A DNA stretch of 63,823 nucleotides from a virus. The notes below the pieces were generated by a model, which had not been told where the DNA came from, searched no databases, and saw only the letters and a list, made by a program, of their open reading frames with translations. The stretch lies in IMG/VR virus record IMGVR_UViG_3300042376_000206, one strand, 5' to 3'. Positions 15,342 to 23,951 of the stretch are shown here, piece after piece; within the stretch, counting starts at the first letter, position 1; each line of letters starts with the position of its first letter. The position numbers and the translations under genes are program-made.

Positions 15342-16145
15342 ATGGCAAGAAAAGCAAAGCTCGTGACCGAGTACATCTCAGTATCGCCCGCTCTGGCACG
15401 CCAGTGGCTGATGCAGAACACCACCAACCGCCATATGCGTGAGGACATCGCGCACCGCTACGCCAAGGACATGGCTGAGGGGCGTTGGCAAACATCACAT
15501 CAGGGCCTTGCCTTCTACGAGGATGGCACGCTGGCCGATGGGCAGCATCGCCTGTTCGCTGTGACGGTGTACAACAAGCCCGTGACCTTCCTCGTCACGC
15601 GCAACGTGCCGCGCCTAGCTGCGCAGATGATTGACCAACACATCCCACGGCAGGCGCATGACGCCATCAAGATCGCAGGTGGTGAGAGTTGGATCGACCG
15701 CAACATCGTGGCCGTTGCCCGTGTGCTGCTCAACAACATGGGCAGCGATGTGCACCAGAAGTCGGTGTCGCAGATACAGGAATACATCGAGAGTTATTCG
15801 GAGCCCCTGCAGTTTGCGCACTCGCTTGCCGCGCAGCGGCGTAGGTTCCTGACGACTGCGGCAATCACAGCGTGCTACTTCTGCGCTGAGCAAGCGGGCG
15901 AATCCCGAGACAAGCTCAAGCGTTTCGGTGAGATCATGGCTCATGGCGAGATCGCAGGTGCGCACGAGAACGCTGCCATCCGCCTGCGCGAGTACCTGAT
16001 TCAGGCCGGTGGTGGTGCGTGGATCGGCGCAGCACGCCTGGAGACATCCAAGAAGGTGCAGCGTGCCATCCAGTTGTTCTGCCGTGGACAGTCCATCGCC
16101 AAGCTGATGCAGCCTGAGAAGCTGATCTACCCCATCCCGCAGTGA
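15342..16145 (+). CDS. ParB N-terminal-domain (ParB/Srx-fold) nuclease-like protein
   Basis: 267 aa. ...NRHMREDIAHRYAKDMAEGRW...GTLADGQHRLFAV... is the DGQHR-type core of ParB-like nuclease domains. RBS AGGAGAAAC. Confidence 0.7.
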   Translation: MARKAKLVTEYISVSPALARQWLMQNTTNRHMREDIAHRYAKDMAEGRWQTSHQGLAFYEDGTLADGQHRLFAVTVYNKPVTFLVTRNVPRLAAQMIDQHIPRQAHDAIKIAGGESWIDRNIVAVARVLLNNMGSDVHQKSVSQIQEYIESYSEPLQFAHSLAAQRRRFLTTAAITACYFCAEQAGESRDKLKRFGEIMAHGEIAGAHENAAIRLREYLIQAGGGAWIGAARLETSKKVQRAIQLFCRGQSIAKLMQPEKLIYPIPQ

Positions 16146-16156
16146 GGAGAAAGCCC

Positions 16157-16282
16157 ATGAATCGACTCAATCAAGACGATGGACTCGAAGAACTGGGCTG
16201 GCTTGCCGCCATGTTGGCGGCGCTGGCCTTCCTGTTCTTTTCCCTGGTGTACTTCCTGCACTGGGCAGGGTGGCTTACGTGA
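16157..16282 (+). CDS. mini membrane protein (41 aa)
   Basis: Hand translation: MNRLNQDDGLEELGWLAAMLAALAFLFFSLVYFLHWAGWLT. GAGGAG RBS. One predicted TM helix. Confidence 0.4.
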   Translation: MNRLNQDDGLEELGWLAAMLAALAFLFFSLVYFLHWAGWLT

Positions 16283-16398
16283 AGTGGCTGACTGACTGGC
16301 TTGCCGTGGCGTGGCTGCTTGCTGCCCTGGTTGTGGTGTTCCTCGCCCCGTTCGTGGTGGCGGCGGTCTTGATCACTTACTTGTGGGGGATGGTATGA
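16279..16398 (+). CDS. mini membrane protein (39 aa, GTG start)
   Basis: Hand translation: VKWLTDWLAVAWLLAALVVVFLAPFVVAAVLITYLWGMV. GTGA overlap upstream and ATGA overlap downstream. Confidence 0.35.
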   Translation: MKWLTDWLAVAWLLAALVVVFLAPFVVAAVLITYLWGMV

Positions 16399-16613
16399 AC
16401 CTAAGAGAAGCAGCGCAGCAGGCGCTTGAGGCGATGACGGGCGCAGTCGATGAGTTGCCACACGCAGGCTATCTCAATGATGCCATTACCGCCCTCCGCG
16501 CCGCGCTTGCGGAGCATGATCCCGCCGTTCAACGCGACCTTGCCTTCCAAAACATGGCAAGAATCATCCGCGAGTTGAAAGAAGAGCAGCAAGGGGGGCA
16601 GCATGGATCGTGA
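16395..16613 (+). CDS. hypothetical protein (72 aa)
   Basis: Internal ATG (MNLREAAQQALE...) of ORF 16311..16613, in an ATGA overlap. Confidence 0.6.
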   Translation: MNLREAAQQALEAMTGAVDELPHAGYLNDAITALRAALAEHDPAVQRDLAFQNMARIIRELKEEQQGGQHGS

Positions 16614-16923
16614 CACCATCATCCGACTGGCGCGGGAGTCCGGGATTATTCAGCCCGAGATAGTGTTTACACACCTTGAACGCTTCGCCGCCCTTGTTGC
16701 CGCTGCCGAGCGCAACCGAGCGTTAGAAATTGTTAGTGACATGAAGGAGGAACTGCAGGCCAAGTTTGAGCAGACCTACATGGAAGGCGTAATTGCAGGC
16801 GCCGCCGCCGAGCGTGAGGCGTGTGCGAAGGTGTGTGATGAGTTGGAGTACTACGAGGACGACGGCTCCATCCTTTCAGGCGAGTATTGGGCCAAATCCA
16901 TCAGAGCCAGGGGCCAGGAATGA
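16603..16923 (+). CDS. hypothetical protein, AAEREACAKVC-motif paralog 1 (106 aa)
   Basis: ORF track. Motif GAAAEREACAKVCDEL. Confidence 0.75.
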   Translation: MDRDTIIRLARESGIIQPEIVFTHLERFAALVAAAERNRALEIVSDMKEELQAKFEQTYMEGVIAGAAAEREACAKVCDELEYYEDDGSILSGEYWAKSIRARGQE

Positions 16924-17183
16924 ACAAACCATCTGGATCATTCCTCGCATGGGAGAACACCCTGTGCAATGCGTTAGACCACCCAAGAATTCAATCCCAA
17001 AACGCATGGGAGGATGGGTATGCGAGTGGCGTAGCAGCCGAGCGCGAGGCGTGTGCGAAGGTGTGTGAAAACTTGGCGAAAGACCGGGGGATGTTTCACC
17101 CTGACGATGAAGACTTCAAAAACGGTGTGTTGGCAGGTGCGGGTATGTGTGCTGTAACCATCAGAATGCGGGGGAAAAAATGA
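16920..17183 (+). CDS. hypothetical protein, AAEREACAKVC-motif paralog 2 (87 aa)
   Basis: ATG at 16920 (ATGA overlap). Motif GVAAEREACAKVCENL. The 32-nt DNA match 16807..16838 vs 17037..17068 has one mismatch. Confidence 0.7.
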   Translation: MNKPSGSFLAWENTLCNALDHPRIQSQNAWEDGYASGVAAEREACAKVCENLAKDRGMFHPDDEDFKNGVLAGAGMCAVTIRMRGKK

Positions 17184-17383
17184 GCGGCGACCACAACGCA
17201 ATACTGGCACAGATAGACGCGCAACCCAAGCCAAGACAGAAGGTATCTGAGAGATCAGTGCGGGTCACCATCGGCATGATGAGAAGCCTCGCACGCAACA
17301 TCCCCATCAGCCCGTTCCACCTACACGCCGCAGATCAGATGGAGCGGATGCTTGACGAACTGATTCGACTGAGGAAGAAATGA
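17180..17383 (+). CDS. hypothetical protein (67 aa)
   Basis: ATG at 17180 (ATGA overlap). Frame of ORF 17147..17383. Confidence 0.6.
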   Translation: MSGDHNAILAQIDAQPKPRQKVSERSVRVTIGMMRSLARNIPISPFHLHAADQMERMLDELIRLRKK

Positions 17384-17634
17384 ACCACATCAAACTTCTC
17401 ATGCAGTGCCACGCCTACCTGCGGGGGACTACTATCAACACTACTATCAGCACTTCTTCTGGCCCGCAGCCAATCGACCGCGACCAACTGGCACGCGACA
17501 TCGCCAACTACATCAACCACATCGGAAGCCATGCCGAAGGCTGCTGGGCATGGGGGCCTGAGCACTACGTGTGTGCGTACGAGCGCGTCAAAGAACTACA
17601 GGAGAAACTTCTTGCTGACACCGCCAAGTCCTAA
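17380..17634 (+). CDS. hypothetical protein (84 aa)
   Basis: ORF track. ATGA overlap. Confidence 0.7.
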   Translation: MNHIKLLMQCHAYLRGTTINTTISTSSGPQPIDRDQLARDIANYINHIGSHAEGCWAWGPEHYVCAYERVKELQEKLLADTAKS

Positions 17635-18022
17635 AGGCAAACGCCAGATCAAGATCAACGCCATCATGCAGGCGCAGCTAATCAAGCTGCTGCTGGAGGG
17701 CACGTACACCTGCCAGGAAATGGCGGAGATGACCGGGCTGCACTACGTGACCGTGTGCCAATACACCAGGGAGTTGCATCGCGCAGGTGCTGCCCATATC
17801 GCTGCCTGGGAGAAAGACCCACGTGGCCGTGATCTAGCGAAAATCTACAAACTTGGTGAGGGCACCGACAAGCGGCGTCAGAAGAAGACGCAGGCCGAGC
17901 GGCAGCGTGCCTACCGCACCAAGAAGAAGCAGATAAAGATCATGGAGTTGTTGAGATGCAATGCCCCGAGTGCGGCGCCAGTAGCCGAACCCTTGAAACA
18001 CGAAGAGCCGCAAACGGTTTGA
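17612..18022 (+). CDS. winged-helix/HTH-like DNA-binding protein (start uncertain)
   Basis: Contains YTCQEMAEMTGLHYVTVCQYTRELHRAG. The TTG at 17612 lies 6 nt after AGGAGA. An alternative ATG is at 17666. Confidence 0.6.
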   Translation: MLTPPSPKGKRQIKINAIMQAQLIKLLLEGTYTCQEMAEMTGLHYVTVCQYTRELHRAGAAHIAAWEKDPRGRDLAKIYKLGEGTDKRRQKKTQAERQRAYRTKKKQIKIMELLRCNAPSAAPVAEPLKHEEPQTV

Positions 18023-18309
18023 AACGAAGGAGATATGAGTGTCAGACGTGCACGTTTCGATTTACGACCCTCGGAACCCCGGAGAACCTGAGCGCGTATC
18101 CCAAAATGAGCCCGCACCGGAACGAGCAGACGGTAAGGACATCGAGGCAAGAGAAAGCCTACTACGAGCGAATGCGCGTCAAGAAGGAGGCGGACACTAC
18201 AAGCAGTTCCAAATCGAACCCTGGGACGCCATCGTTAGCTGGAATCTTGGCTACCTGGATGGCAACGCCGTCAAGTACCTCAGCCGGTGGCGACACAAGA
18301 ACGGAATAG
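17956..18309 (+). CDS. NrdR/Ogr-like zinc-ribbon protein (3' extent uncertain)
   Basis: The first 40 aa, MQCPECGASSRTLETRRAANGLKRRRYECQTCTFRFTT, fit the CPxC-x(n)-RRRxxCxxCxxRFTT zinc-ribbon pattern. The remaining ~75 aa are low-complexity and overlap the DUF3310-like gene out of frame. Confidence 0.45.
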   Translation: MQCPECGASSRTLETRRAANGLKRRRYECQTCTFRFTTLGTPENLSAYPKMSPHRNEQTVRTSRQEKAYYERMRVKKEADTTSSSKSNPGTPSLAGILATWMATPSSTSAGGDTRTE

Positions 18310-18377
18310 AAGACCTCAAGAAGGCGCGTCACTATATCGACAAGCTGCTTGAGGTAGAGCAGGCGAAGAATCCATAG
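18039..18377 (+). CDS. DUF3310-like protein
   Basis: GTG at 18039 lies 6 nt after AAGGAG. GGGHYKQFQIEPWDAIVSWNLGYLDGNAVKYLSRWRHKNGIEDLKKARHYIDKL matches the recalled DUF3310 pattern (GG.HY..eP.d.I..w.l....gNaiKYl.R...K.g..DL.KA.hY). Confidence 0.65.
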   Translation: MSDVHVSIYDPRNPGEPERVSQNEPAPERADGKDIEARESLLRANARQEGGGHYKQFQIEPWDAIVSWNLGYLDGNAVKYLSRWRHKNGIEDLKKARHYIDKLLEVEQAKNP

Positions 18378-18434
18378 GGCGACTTCATGGTTAGGTAACG
18401 ATGGCAAGCCTTGCAGATGCAACCCATCTTTGCC

Positions 18435-18470
18435 CTTGCGCAGTGTCGCCTCAGTAAATGGCTGCGCAAG
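18435..18470 (+). promoter_or_regulatory. stem-loop / operator-like dyad
   Basis: CTTGCGCAG-N18-CTGCGCAAG in the 160-nt spacer that precedes the replication genes. Confidence 0.35.
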
Positions 18471-18537
18471 ACCTCCACACCTAGACCAAGGGGGCTAGGA
18501 ATCTGCATCACCCCCTTACCCAAATACAGGAGCAGAC

Positions 18538-18840
18538 ATGGCCGCGACACCTGAGCGCAAGGTCAAGGACAAGATCAAGGCGATCTTGGAAAAGACAGGC
18601 GCTTACTACGCGATGCCCATCGGCAGTGGCTACGGCCACGCAGGTGTGCCCGACTTCCTCTGCTGCATCGGCGGACACTTCTTCTCGGTGGAAGCCAAGG
18701 CAGGCAAGGGGAAAACCACAGCCCTACAAGAGGCTGAGATGGCCAAGATAAAGGCCACAGGAGGAACGACCTTCGTGATCAACGAAGACAACATCAACCA
18801 ACTACAGGAGTGGCTGCATGCTAGGAGAGGTAATGAGTGA
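18538..18840 (+). CDS. VRR-NUC-type (PD-(D/E)xK) nuclease
   Basis: 100 aa. GVPDFLCCIGGHFFSVEAKAGKGKTTALQ gives the PD...E-x-K core. Confidence 0.7.
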   Translation: MAATPERKVKDKIKAILEKTGAYYAMPIGSGYGHAGVPDFLCCIGGHFFSVEAKAGKGKTTALQEAEMAKIKATGGTTFVINEDNINQLQEWLHARRGNE

Positions 18841-19111
18841 AGACGACAAGGCGTACTACGCCAGAATGGATGCGCAGATAGCGGCGATGCCGGACGATCA
18901 GCAGAAGGCGCTGATCAAGGCCATCAAGCTGATCCTGCGCACGTTCGTCGAAGAGGACACGCAAGGTGTCCTGGTGGTGGCCAGTGCCGATGGGTATCTG
19001 ACCACGATGGGGCTGAACGCCAGCTTTATTGAGTCTGCGTCCATCGTCCGCGCATCAGCGGAAGTGTTTGCGGACACATTCAAGAGCAACAACGAGGAGA
19101 CTAAACATTGA
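18833..19111 (+). CDS. hypothetical protein (92 aa)
   Basis: ATG at 18833 after GGAGAG. Frame of ORF 18818..19111. Confidence 0.7.
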   Translation: MSEDDKAYYARMDAQIAAMPDDQQKALIKAIKLILRTFVEEDTQGVLVVASADGYLTTMGLNASFIESASIVRASAEVFADTFKSNNEETKH

Positions 19112-21084
19112 ACCTACCTTTCAAGAGGGTGCTGGTTATTGACTTTGAAACGGCGTGGGACAGACGGGAATACACCCTCTCCAAGATGACCACGGAAGAA
19201 TATGTACGCGACCCCCGCTTCAAGGCTTGGGGGTTGTGCTGGAAAGAGGTAGGCGAGGACGCCTACCCCATGTGGGTTCGCGGCGAAGCCATCGCAGAGT
19301 GGGCTGAACAGATCGACTGGTCAACGACGGCGGTGCTGGCACACAACGCCCAGTTCGATGTGACCATCCTCTCCTGGCGCTACGGGGTTCAGCCCTGTTT
19401 TATTTTTGATACGTTGTCTATGGCTCGTGCGCTGCGCGGCATCGAGGTCGGCAACAGTCTGGCCAAACTCGCTGAAGACTTCGGGCTACCGCCCAAGGGT
19501 CAGGCGGTGCACAGCACAGACGGGATGCTGGACGAGATCAGCGAGGAAGTAGAAGACGAGTTGGCACAGTACTGCGCCCACGATGTGGTGCTGTGCGAGG
19601 GCATCTTCGACCGGCTGCTTCCTGGCTACCCTGCCAAGGAGTTGCGCCTCATCGACATGACGCTCAAGATGTACACAAGGCCGCTGCTGGAACTCGATAA
19701 GGAGATGCTGGCTAAGGCCATCGAAGACGAAAGGAACGCCCGTGAAGGACTACTACATAGGCTCGGCGTGGATGAGGCTTCGCTTGCTTCAAACGAACAG
19801 TTTGCTGAAGCACTCCGAGAGCTTGGCGTGGAGCCGCCAAAGAAGACTAGCAAGACGACAGGTAAAGAAACTTATGCGCTTGCTAAGAACGATGCCCTCT
19901 TCCAGTCGCTTATCAACGGGGACAGGGAAGATGTTGCACTCCTCTGTGAAGCACGCCTCAAAGTTAAGTCAACAAGCGAGCGTACGCGAGCGCAGCGTTT
20001 TCTGGACATCGCACATCGTGGCCGGTTACCGGTCCCGCTGAGCTACTTCGGTGCAGGCACCGGGCGCTGGACGGCCAGTAAGGGCAGCGCCATCAACATG
20101 CAGAACTTAAAACGTGGCAGCTTCCTCCGAAACTCCATCATGGCCCCGCAGGGGCACGTACTGGTTGCTGGTGACCTTTCGCAGATCGAGCCCCGTGTCC
20201 TCGCGGTTCTTTCGGATAACGAGGCTCTACTAGACGTGTTCCGTGCCGGTGGTGACCCGTATGCCGCCTTCGGCGCACAGATGTTCAACATCCCTGGCAT
20301 GAACAAGGACAGCCACCCAGTAGAGAGGCAGTCCGCCAAGTCTGCGCTGCTTGGCGCAGGCTACCAGTTGGGGTGGGCGTCGTTCGCTGCGCAGCTTCTC
20401 ACCGGGTTCCTGGGCGCAGCACCCCTGCGCTACACCATAAAGGACGCCAAGACCCTGGGCGTGACAGCCGCTGATGTAGACCGCTTCCTGTCCTGGGAGG
20501 ACAACATCAAGCGCATGGAGAGCATCCCGCACACCTGCACGAACAAGGAACTGGCCATCCACTGTCTCGCAGCCAAGGCCATCATCGACAGGTACCGGGC
20601 CGCTTCGCAGCCCGTGGTGGCGTTCTGGAACCTGTGCCAGGAACTCATCGAGTACAGCCTGTACAAGGGCAAGGAGTACACGCACAAGTGCATCACCTTC
20701 CGCAAGGAGCAAATCATCTTGCCAAGCGGTATGGCGATGCGGTATCCTGATCTCCGCCCGGACAAGGGCGATGGTGGCAAGGTCGTTTGGACCTACGCTG
20801 ACGGCAACAAGCGCGTCAGTTTGTACGGCGGCAAGGTCACCAACAACATTGTCCAGGGCACGGCGCGGTGCGTGATGACCGATGGAATGCTAAGGGTTGC
20901 GAAGAAGTACCCTTTGGTAGGCACGGTGCATGACGAACTGATTGCCGTGGTGCCTGAAGAAGAGGCGGAGGACGCGAAGACTTGGGTCTTCGCGCAGATG
21001 GTCGCGCCTGTGCCGTACCTCCCCGGCATCCCACTCAAGACTGATGTGGGCTACAACAGGCGCTACGGACTAGCCAAGGGTTAA
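19108..21084 (+). CDS. DNA polymerase, family A, with 3'-5' exonuclease domain
   Basis: TTG start after GAGGAG. Exo motifs VIDFET, AHNAQFD and YCAHDV. Pol motifs DLSQIEPRVLA (A), RQSAKSALLGAGYQ (B-like) and GTVHDELI (C). Confidence 0.9.
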   Translation: MNLPFKRVLVIDFETAWDRREYTLSKMTTEEYVRDPRFKAWGLCWKEVGEDAYPMWVRGEAIAEWAEQIDWSTTAVLAHNAQFDVTILSWRYGVQPCFIFDTLSMARALRGIEVGNSLAKLAEDFGLPPKGQAVHSTDGMLDEISEEVEDELAQYCAHDVVLCEGIFDRLLPGYPAKELRLIDMTLKMYTRPLLELDKEMLAKAIEDERNAREGLLHRLGVDEASLASNEQFAEALRELGVEPPKKTSKTTGKETYALAKNDALFQSLINGDREDVALLCEARLKVKSTSERTRAQRFLDIAHRGRLPVPLSYFGAGTGRWTASKGSAINMQNLKRGSFLRNSIMAPQGHVLVAGDLSQIEPRVLAVLSDNEALLDVFRAGGDPYAAFGAQMFNIPGMNKDSHPVERQSAKSALLGAGYQLGWASFAAQLLTGFLGAAPLRYTIKDAKTLGVTAADVDRFLSWEDNIKRMESIPHTCTNKELAIHCLAAKAIIDRYRAASQPVVAFWNLCQELIEYSLYKGKEYTHKCITFRKEQIILPSGMAMRYPDLRPDKGDGGKVVWTYADGNKRVSLYGGKVTNNIVQGTARCVMTDGMLRVAKKYPLVGTVHDELIAVVPEEEAEDAKTWVFAQMVAPVPYLPGIPLKTDVGYNRRYGLAKG

Positions 21085-21104
21085 CCAACAACAAAGGAGA
21101 AACG

Positions 21105-21425
21105 ATGACAAGCAAACAAGCCCCACCAATACCGCGCCGCATCAAAGTCGGCGACAAGATGTATTCGGTGGACATCATCCAGTCGATGCAGCGTGCGCGT
21201 GAACGTGGCCGCATCTGGTACGAAGCCGGTCGCATCCAGATTGGTCAGACCAGCAACGTCGATGGTCGCAAGTACAGCGACATCCAGATGAGCGAAACCT
21301 TCTGGCACGAACTGGTGCACGCCATCCTCTATGAGATGGACAACCAGTTGCATCGCAACGAGAAGTTCGTGCACGATTTCGCCATGCATCTCGCCAAGGC
21401 CATCCAATCAGCGAAGTTCAAATGA
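21105..21425 (+). CDS. small HExxH metallopeptidase-like protein
   Basis: 106 aa with FWHELVHAILYE (HExxH). RBS AGGAGAAAC. Confidence 0.55.
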   Translation: MTSKQAPPIPRRIKVGDKMYSVDIIQSMQRARERGRIWYEAGRIQIGQTSNVDGRKYSDIQMSETFWHELVHAILYEMDNQLHRNEKFVHDFAMHLAKAIQSAKFK

Positions 21426-22087
21426 CAAAAGTTACATGGTCACACAGCAGCCTCAAGGACTTCGAGGGGTGTGCTCGCCGCTACCACGAGGTCAAAGTAT
21501 TAAAGCGGTATCCGTTTCAGGAAACGCAACATACGATTTATGGAAAAGATGTGCACAAGGCCATTGAGGACTACGGCAAGGACGGCACGCCCATCCCTGA
21601 GAAGTACGCGCAGTTCAAGCCGGTGGTGGATGAGATCATGAAGAAGCCGGGGCGCAAGCTGTTTGAGCACGAGATGGGCATCACGCGTGACCTGCAGCCT
21701 TGCGGCTTCAGCGATTCCAATCGTTGGGTGCGCGGCATCGCCGACCTGCTCATCATCAACGACGACAACCTGACCGCCAAGGTGGTTGACTGGAAAACAG
21801 GTAGCAACAAGTACCCCGACCGGGACCAACTCATCCTCATGTCGCTGATGGTCTTCGCCCACTTCCCCCATATCAGGCAGGTCAAGTCGGCGCTGGTGTT
21901 CCTGGTCAAGGAGACGCTGACCACCCACGCCATGCTGCGCGGTGAGGCCGAGGAAGCATGGTGGCGCTACAAGGAGCGTGTGGCCAAGCTGGAGACAGCG
22001 CACGCCACCGACGTGTGGAACCCATCTCAATCACCGCTGTGCGGCTGGTGCCCTGTCACCACCTGCACGCTCAACCCCAAGCACTAG
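21422..22087 (+). CDS. Cas4/RecB-like PD-(D/E)xK exonuclease
   Basis: 221 aa. GIADLLII...KVVDWKTG core. One N-terminal Cys (EGCARRY) plus a C-terminal CGWCPVTTC cluster, as in Cas4-type Fe-S nucleases. Confidence 0.75.
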   Translation: MTKVTWSHSSLKDFEGCARRYHEVKVLKRYPFQETQHTIYGKDVHKAIEDYGKDGTPIPEKYAQFKPVVDEIMKKPGRKLFEHEMGITRDLQPCGFSDSNRWVRGIADLLIINDDNLTAKVVDWKTGSNKYPDRDQLILMSLMVFAHFPHIRQVKSALVFLVKETLTTHAMLRGEAEEAWWRYKERVAKLETAHATDVWNPSQSPLCGWCPVTTCTLNPKH

Positions 22088-22096
22088 GAGTCGATC

Positions 22097-22327
22097 ATGT
22101 CCCGCAACTACCGCTCTGAATACGACAACTACCAGGGCACACCTGAGCAGATCAAGAAGCGTGCTGAGCGCGTCAAAGCGCGGCGCATGATGGAGAAGAC
22201 GGGCGCTGCCAAGAAGGGCGACGGCAAGGATGTTGACCACATCAAGCCGATGCGCAGCGGCGGCACCTCTACTAAGGCCAACTTGCGCATGCGAAGCAAG
22301 AGCGCCAACCGATCAGACAACAAGTAG
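22097..22327 (+). CDS. small HNH-like protein
   Basis: 76 aa. GKDVDHIKPMRSGGTSTKANLRMRSKSANRS resembles a minimal D-H...N...N HNH core. Confidence 0.5.
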   Translation: MSRNYRSEYDNYQGTPEQIKKRAERVKARRMMEKTGAAKKGDGKDVDHIKPMRSGGTSTKANLRMRSKSANRSDNK

Positions 22328-22334
22328 GAGAAAC

Positions 22335-23903
22335 ATGGAAGTCATCGACAACAAGCTGCTCGTCTTCAAGACGCGCAGCCCGGATAGGTATTCCCTAATC
22401 CCGAAGAGCAGGGTGCTGCCGCGCCCTGGTGGAGGCTACGACGTAGCCGTTTACTGGGGTCTGGACGAGGTGCGGGTGCTCAAGAACCTGGGCGTCAAGA
22501 ACGTACCCTCGCCGATCTTTGGTAGATATGAGTGGCCTGGGCGCTTCAAGCCTATGGCCCACCAGAAGGAGACAGCCTCCTTCCTCACGCTCAACCGCCG
22601 CGCCTTTGTCCTGTCCGAACCCGGAACAGGTAAAACGTTAAGTGCACTCTGGGCGGCAGACTACCTGATGAAGCGCGGTGAGGTTCGACGCTGCTTGATC
22701 CTGTGTCCGCTGTCGATCATGCACAGCGCCTGGATGCAGGACTTGGGCAACAGCGTCATCCATCGCAGCGCGGTGGTGGCGCACCACCCGCAAGCAGCCA
22801 GAAGAATAGAACTCATCCAAGAGAACTACGAGTTCGTGATCGTCAACTACGAAGGTCTGGGTCTGATTGCCAACGAGGTGAAGAACGATGGGCGTTTTGA
22901 TTTAGTTATTGTTGATGAAGCCAACGCTTACAAGAACCCGCAGACCAAGCGGTGGAAGGCACTTGCTTCTGTCCTGACGCCCGACACGTACCTGTGGATG
23001 ATGACCGGGACGCCTGCTTCCCAGAGTCCTGTGGATGCGTATGGACTGGCCAAGCTCGTCAACCCGACCAACGTGCCCAAGTTCTACACGGCGTGGCGCG
23101 ACTCGGTGATGAACAAGATCACCATGTTCAAGTGGGCGCCCAAGGCTGATGCTGCCGACAAGGTGCACGCTGCACTGCAACCCGCCATCCGCTACACCAA
23201 GGCCCAGTGCCTGGACCTGCCGCCTGTACTGACGACCACCCGCGAGGTGCCGCTCACGCCGCAGCAAGCCAAGTACTACAACCTGCTCAAGACCCAGATG
23301 CTGGTCATGGCCGCAGGAGAGACGATCACGGCAGTCAACGCTGCCGCTGCGCTAAATAAACTTCTCCAGATCAGTTCCGGTGTCGCGTACACCGACAACA
23401 AGGAGACGGTCGAATTCGACGCCACCCCACGCCTGAATGTGTTGATGGAAGCACTCGAACAAACAGAGCGGAAGGTGATCATCTTCGCGCTGTTCCGCGC
23501 AGCCATCGACGCCATCAGCGATTTCCTCAACAAGAACGGGATCGCCAACGAGCAGATTCACGGTGGCGTGACAGCCACCAAGCGCGGCGACATCATCAGG
23601 CGCTTCCAAACGCAGCCCACCCCAAGGGTGCTGGTCATGCAGCCGCAGGCTACAGCGCACGGCATCACACTGACCGCTGCCGACACGGTGATCTTTTACG
23701 GGCCGCTGATGAGCGTCGAGCAGTACACCCAGTGCATCGCACGGGCTGACCGCAAGGGGCAGAACTCAGACAAGGTGACCGTCATCCACATCGAGGGTTC
23801 GCCCGTGGAGAAGAAGATGTTCAAGGCGCTTACGGAGAAGGTGGACGACAACGCCATGCTCGTGAGCCTGTTCAACAGCGAAATAAAGGAAAGGGGGTTG
23901 TAG
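22335..23903 (+). CDS. SNF2-family helicase/translocase
   Basis: ATG at 22335 after AGGAGAAAC. Motifs LSEPGTGKT (I), VIVDEANAYKN (II), ITLTAADTVIFYGP (V) and QCIARADRKGQ (VI). Confidence 0.9.
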   Translation: MEVIDNKLLVFKTRSPDRYSLIPKSRVLPRPGGGYDVAVYWGLDEVRVLKNLGVKNVPSPIFGRYEWPGRFKPMAHQKETASFLTLNRRAFVLSEPGTGKTLSALWAADYLMKRGEVRRCLILCPLSIMHSAWMQDLGNSVIHRSAVVAHHPQAARRIELIQENYEFVIVNYEGLGLIANEVKNDGRFDLVIVDEANAYKNPQTKRWKALASVLTPDTYLWMMTGTPASQSPVDAYGLAKLVNPTNVPKFYTAWRDSVMNKITMFKWAPKADAADKVHAALQPAIRYTKAQCLDLPPVLTTTREVPLTPQQAKYYNLLKTQMLVMAAGETITAVNAAAALNKLLQISSGVAYTDNKETVEFDATPRLNVLMEALEQTERKVIIFALFRAAIDAISDFLNKNGIANEQIHGGVTATKRGDIIRRFQTQPTPRVLVMQPQATAHGITLTAADTVIFYGPLMSVEQYTQCIARADRKGQNSDKVTVIHIEGSPVEKKMFKALTEKVDDNAMLVSLFNSEIKERGL

Positions 23904-23951
23904 ACTGAACTGGACAATGTATACTCTTTGACACAACAACAGGAGAAGCAA

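Noticed and set aside
18085-18190. Programmed -1 frameshift joining the zinc ribbon to the DUF3310 core.
   Set aside because: No X_XXY_YYZ slippery heptamer was found. The best candidate, CCCAAAA, would re-pair poorly, and there is no obvious downstream pseudoknot.
7830-18537. tRNA or other structured RNA genes in the larger intergenic gaps (7830..8184, 10595..10723, 15222..15341, 18378..18537).
   Set aside because: No cloverleaf-compatible arrangement or GTTCRANYC T-loop was seen. The hairpins present are simple stem-loops.
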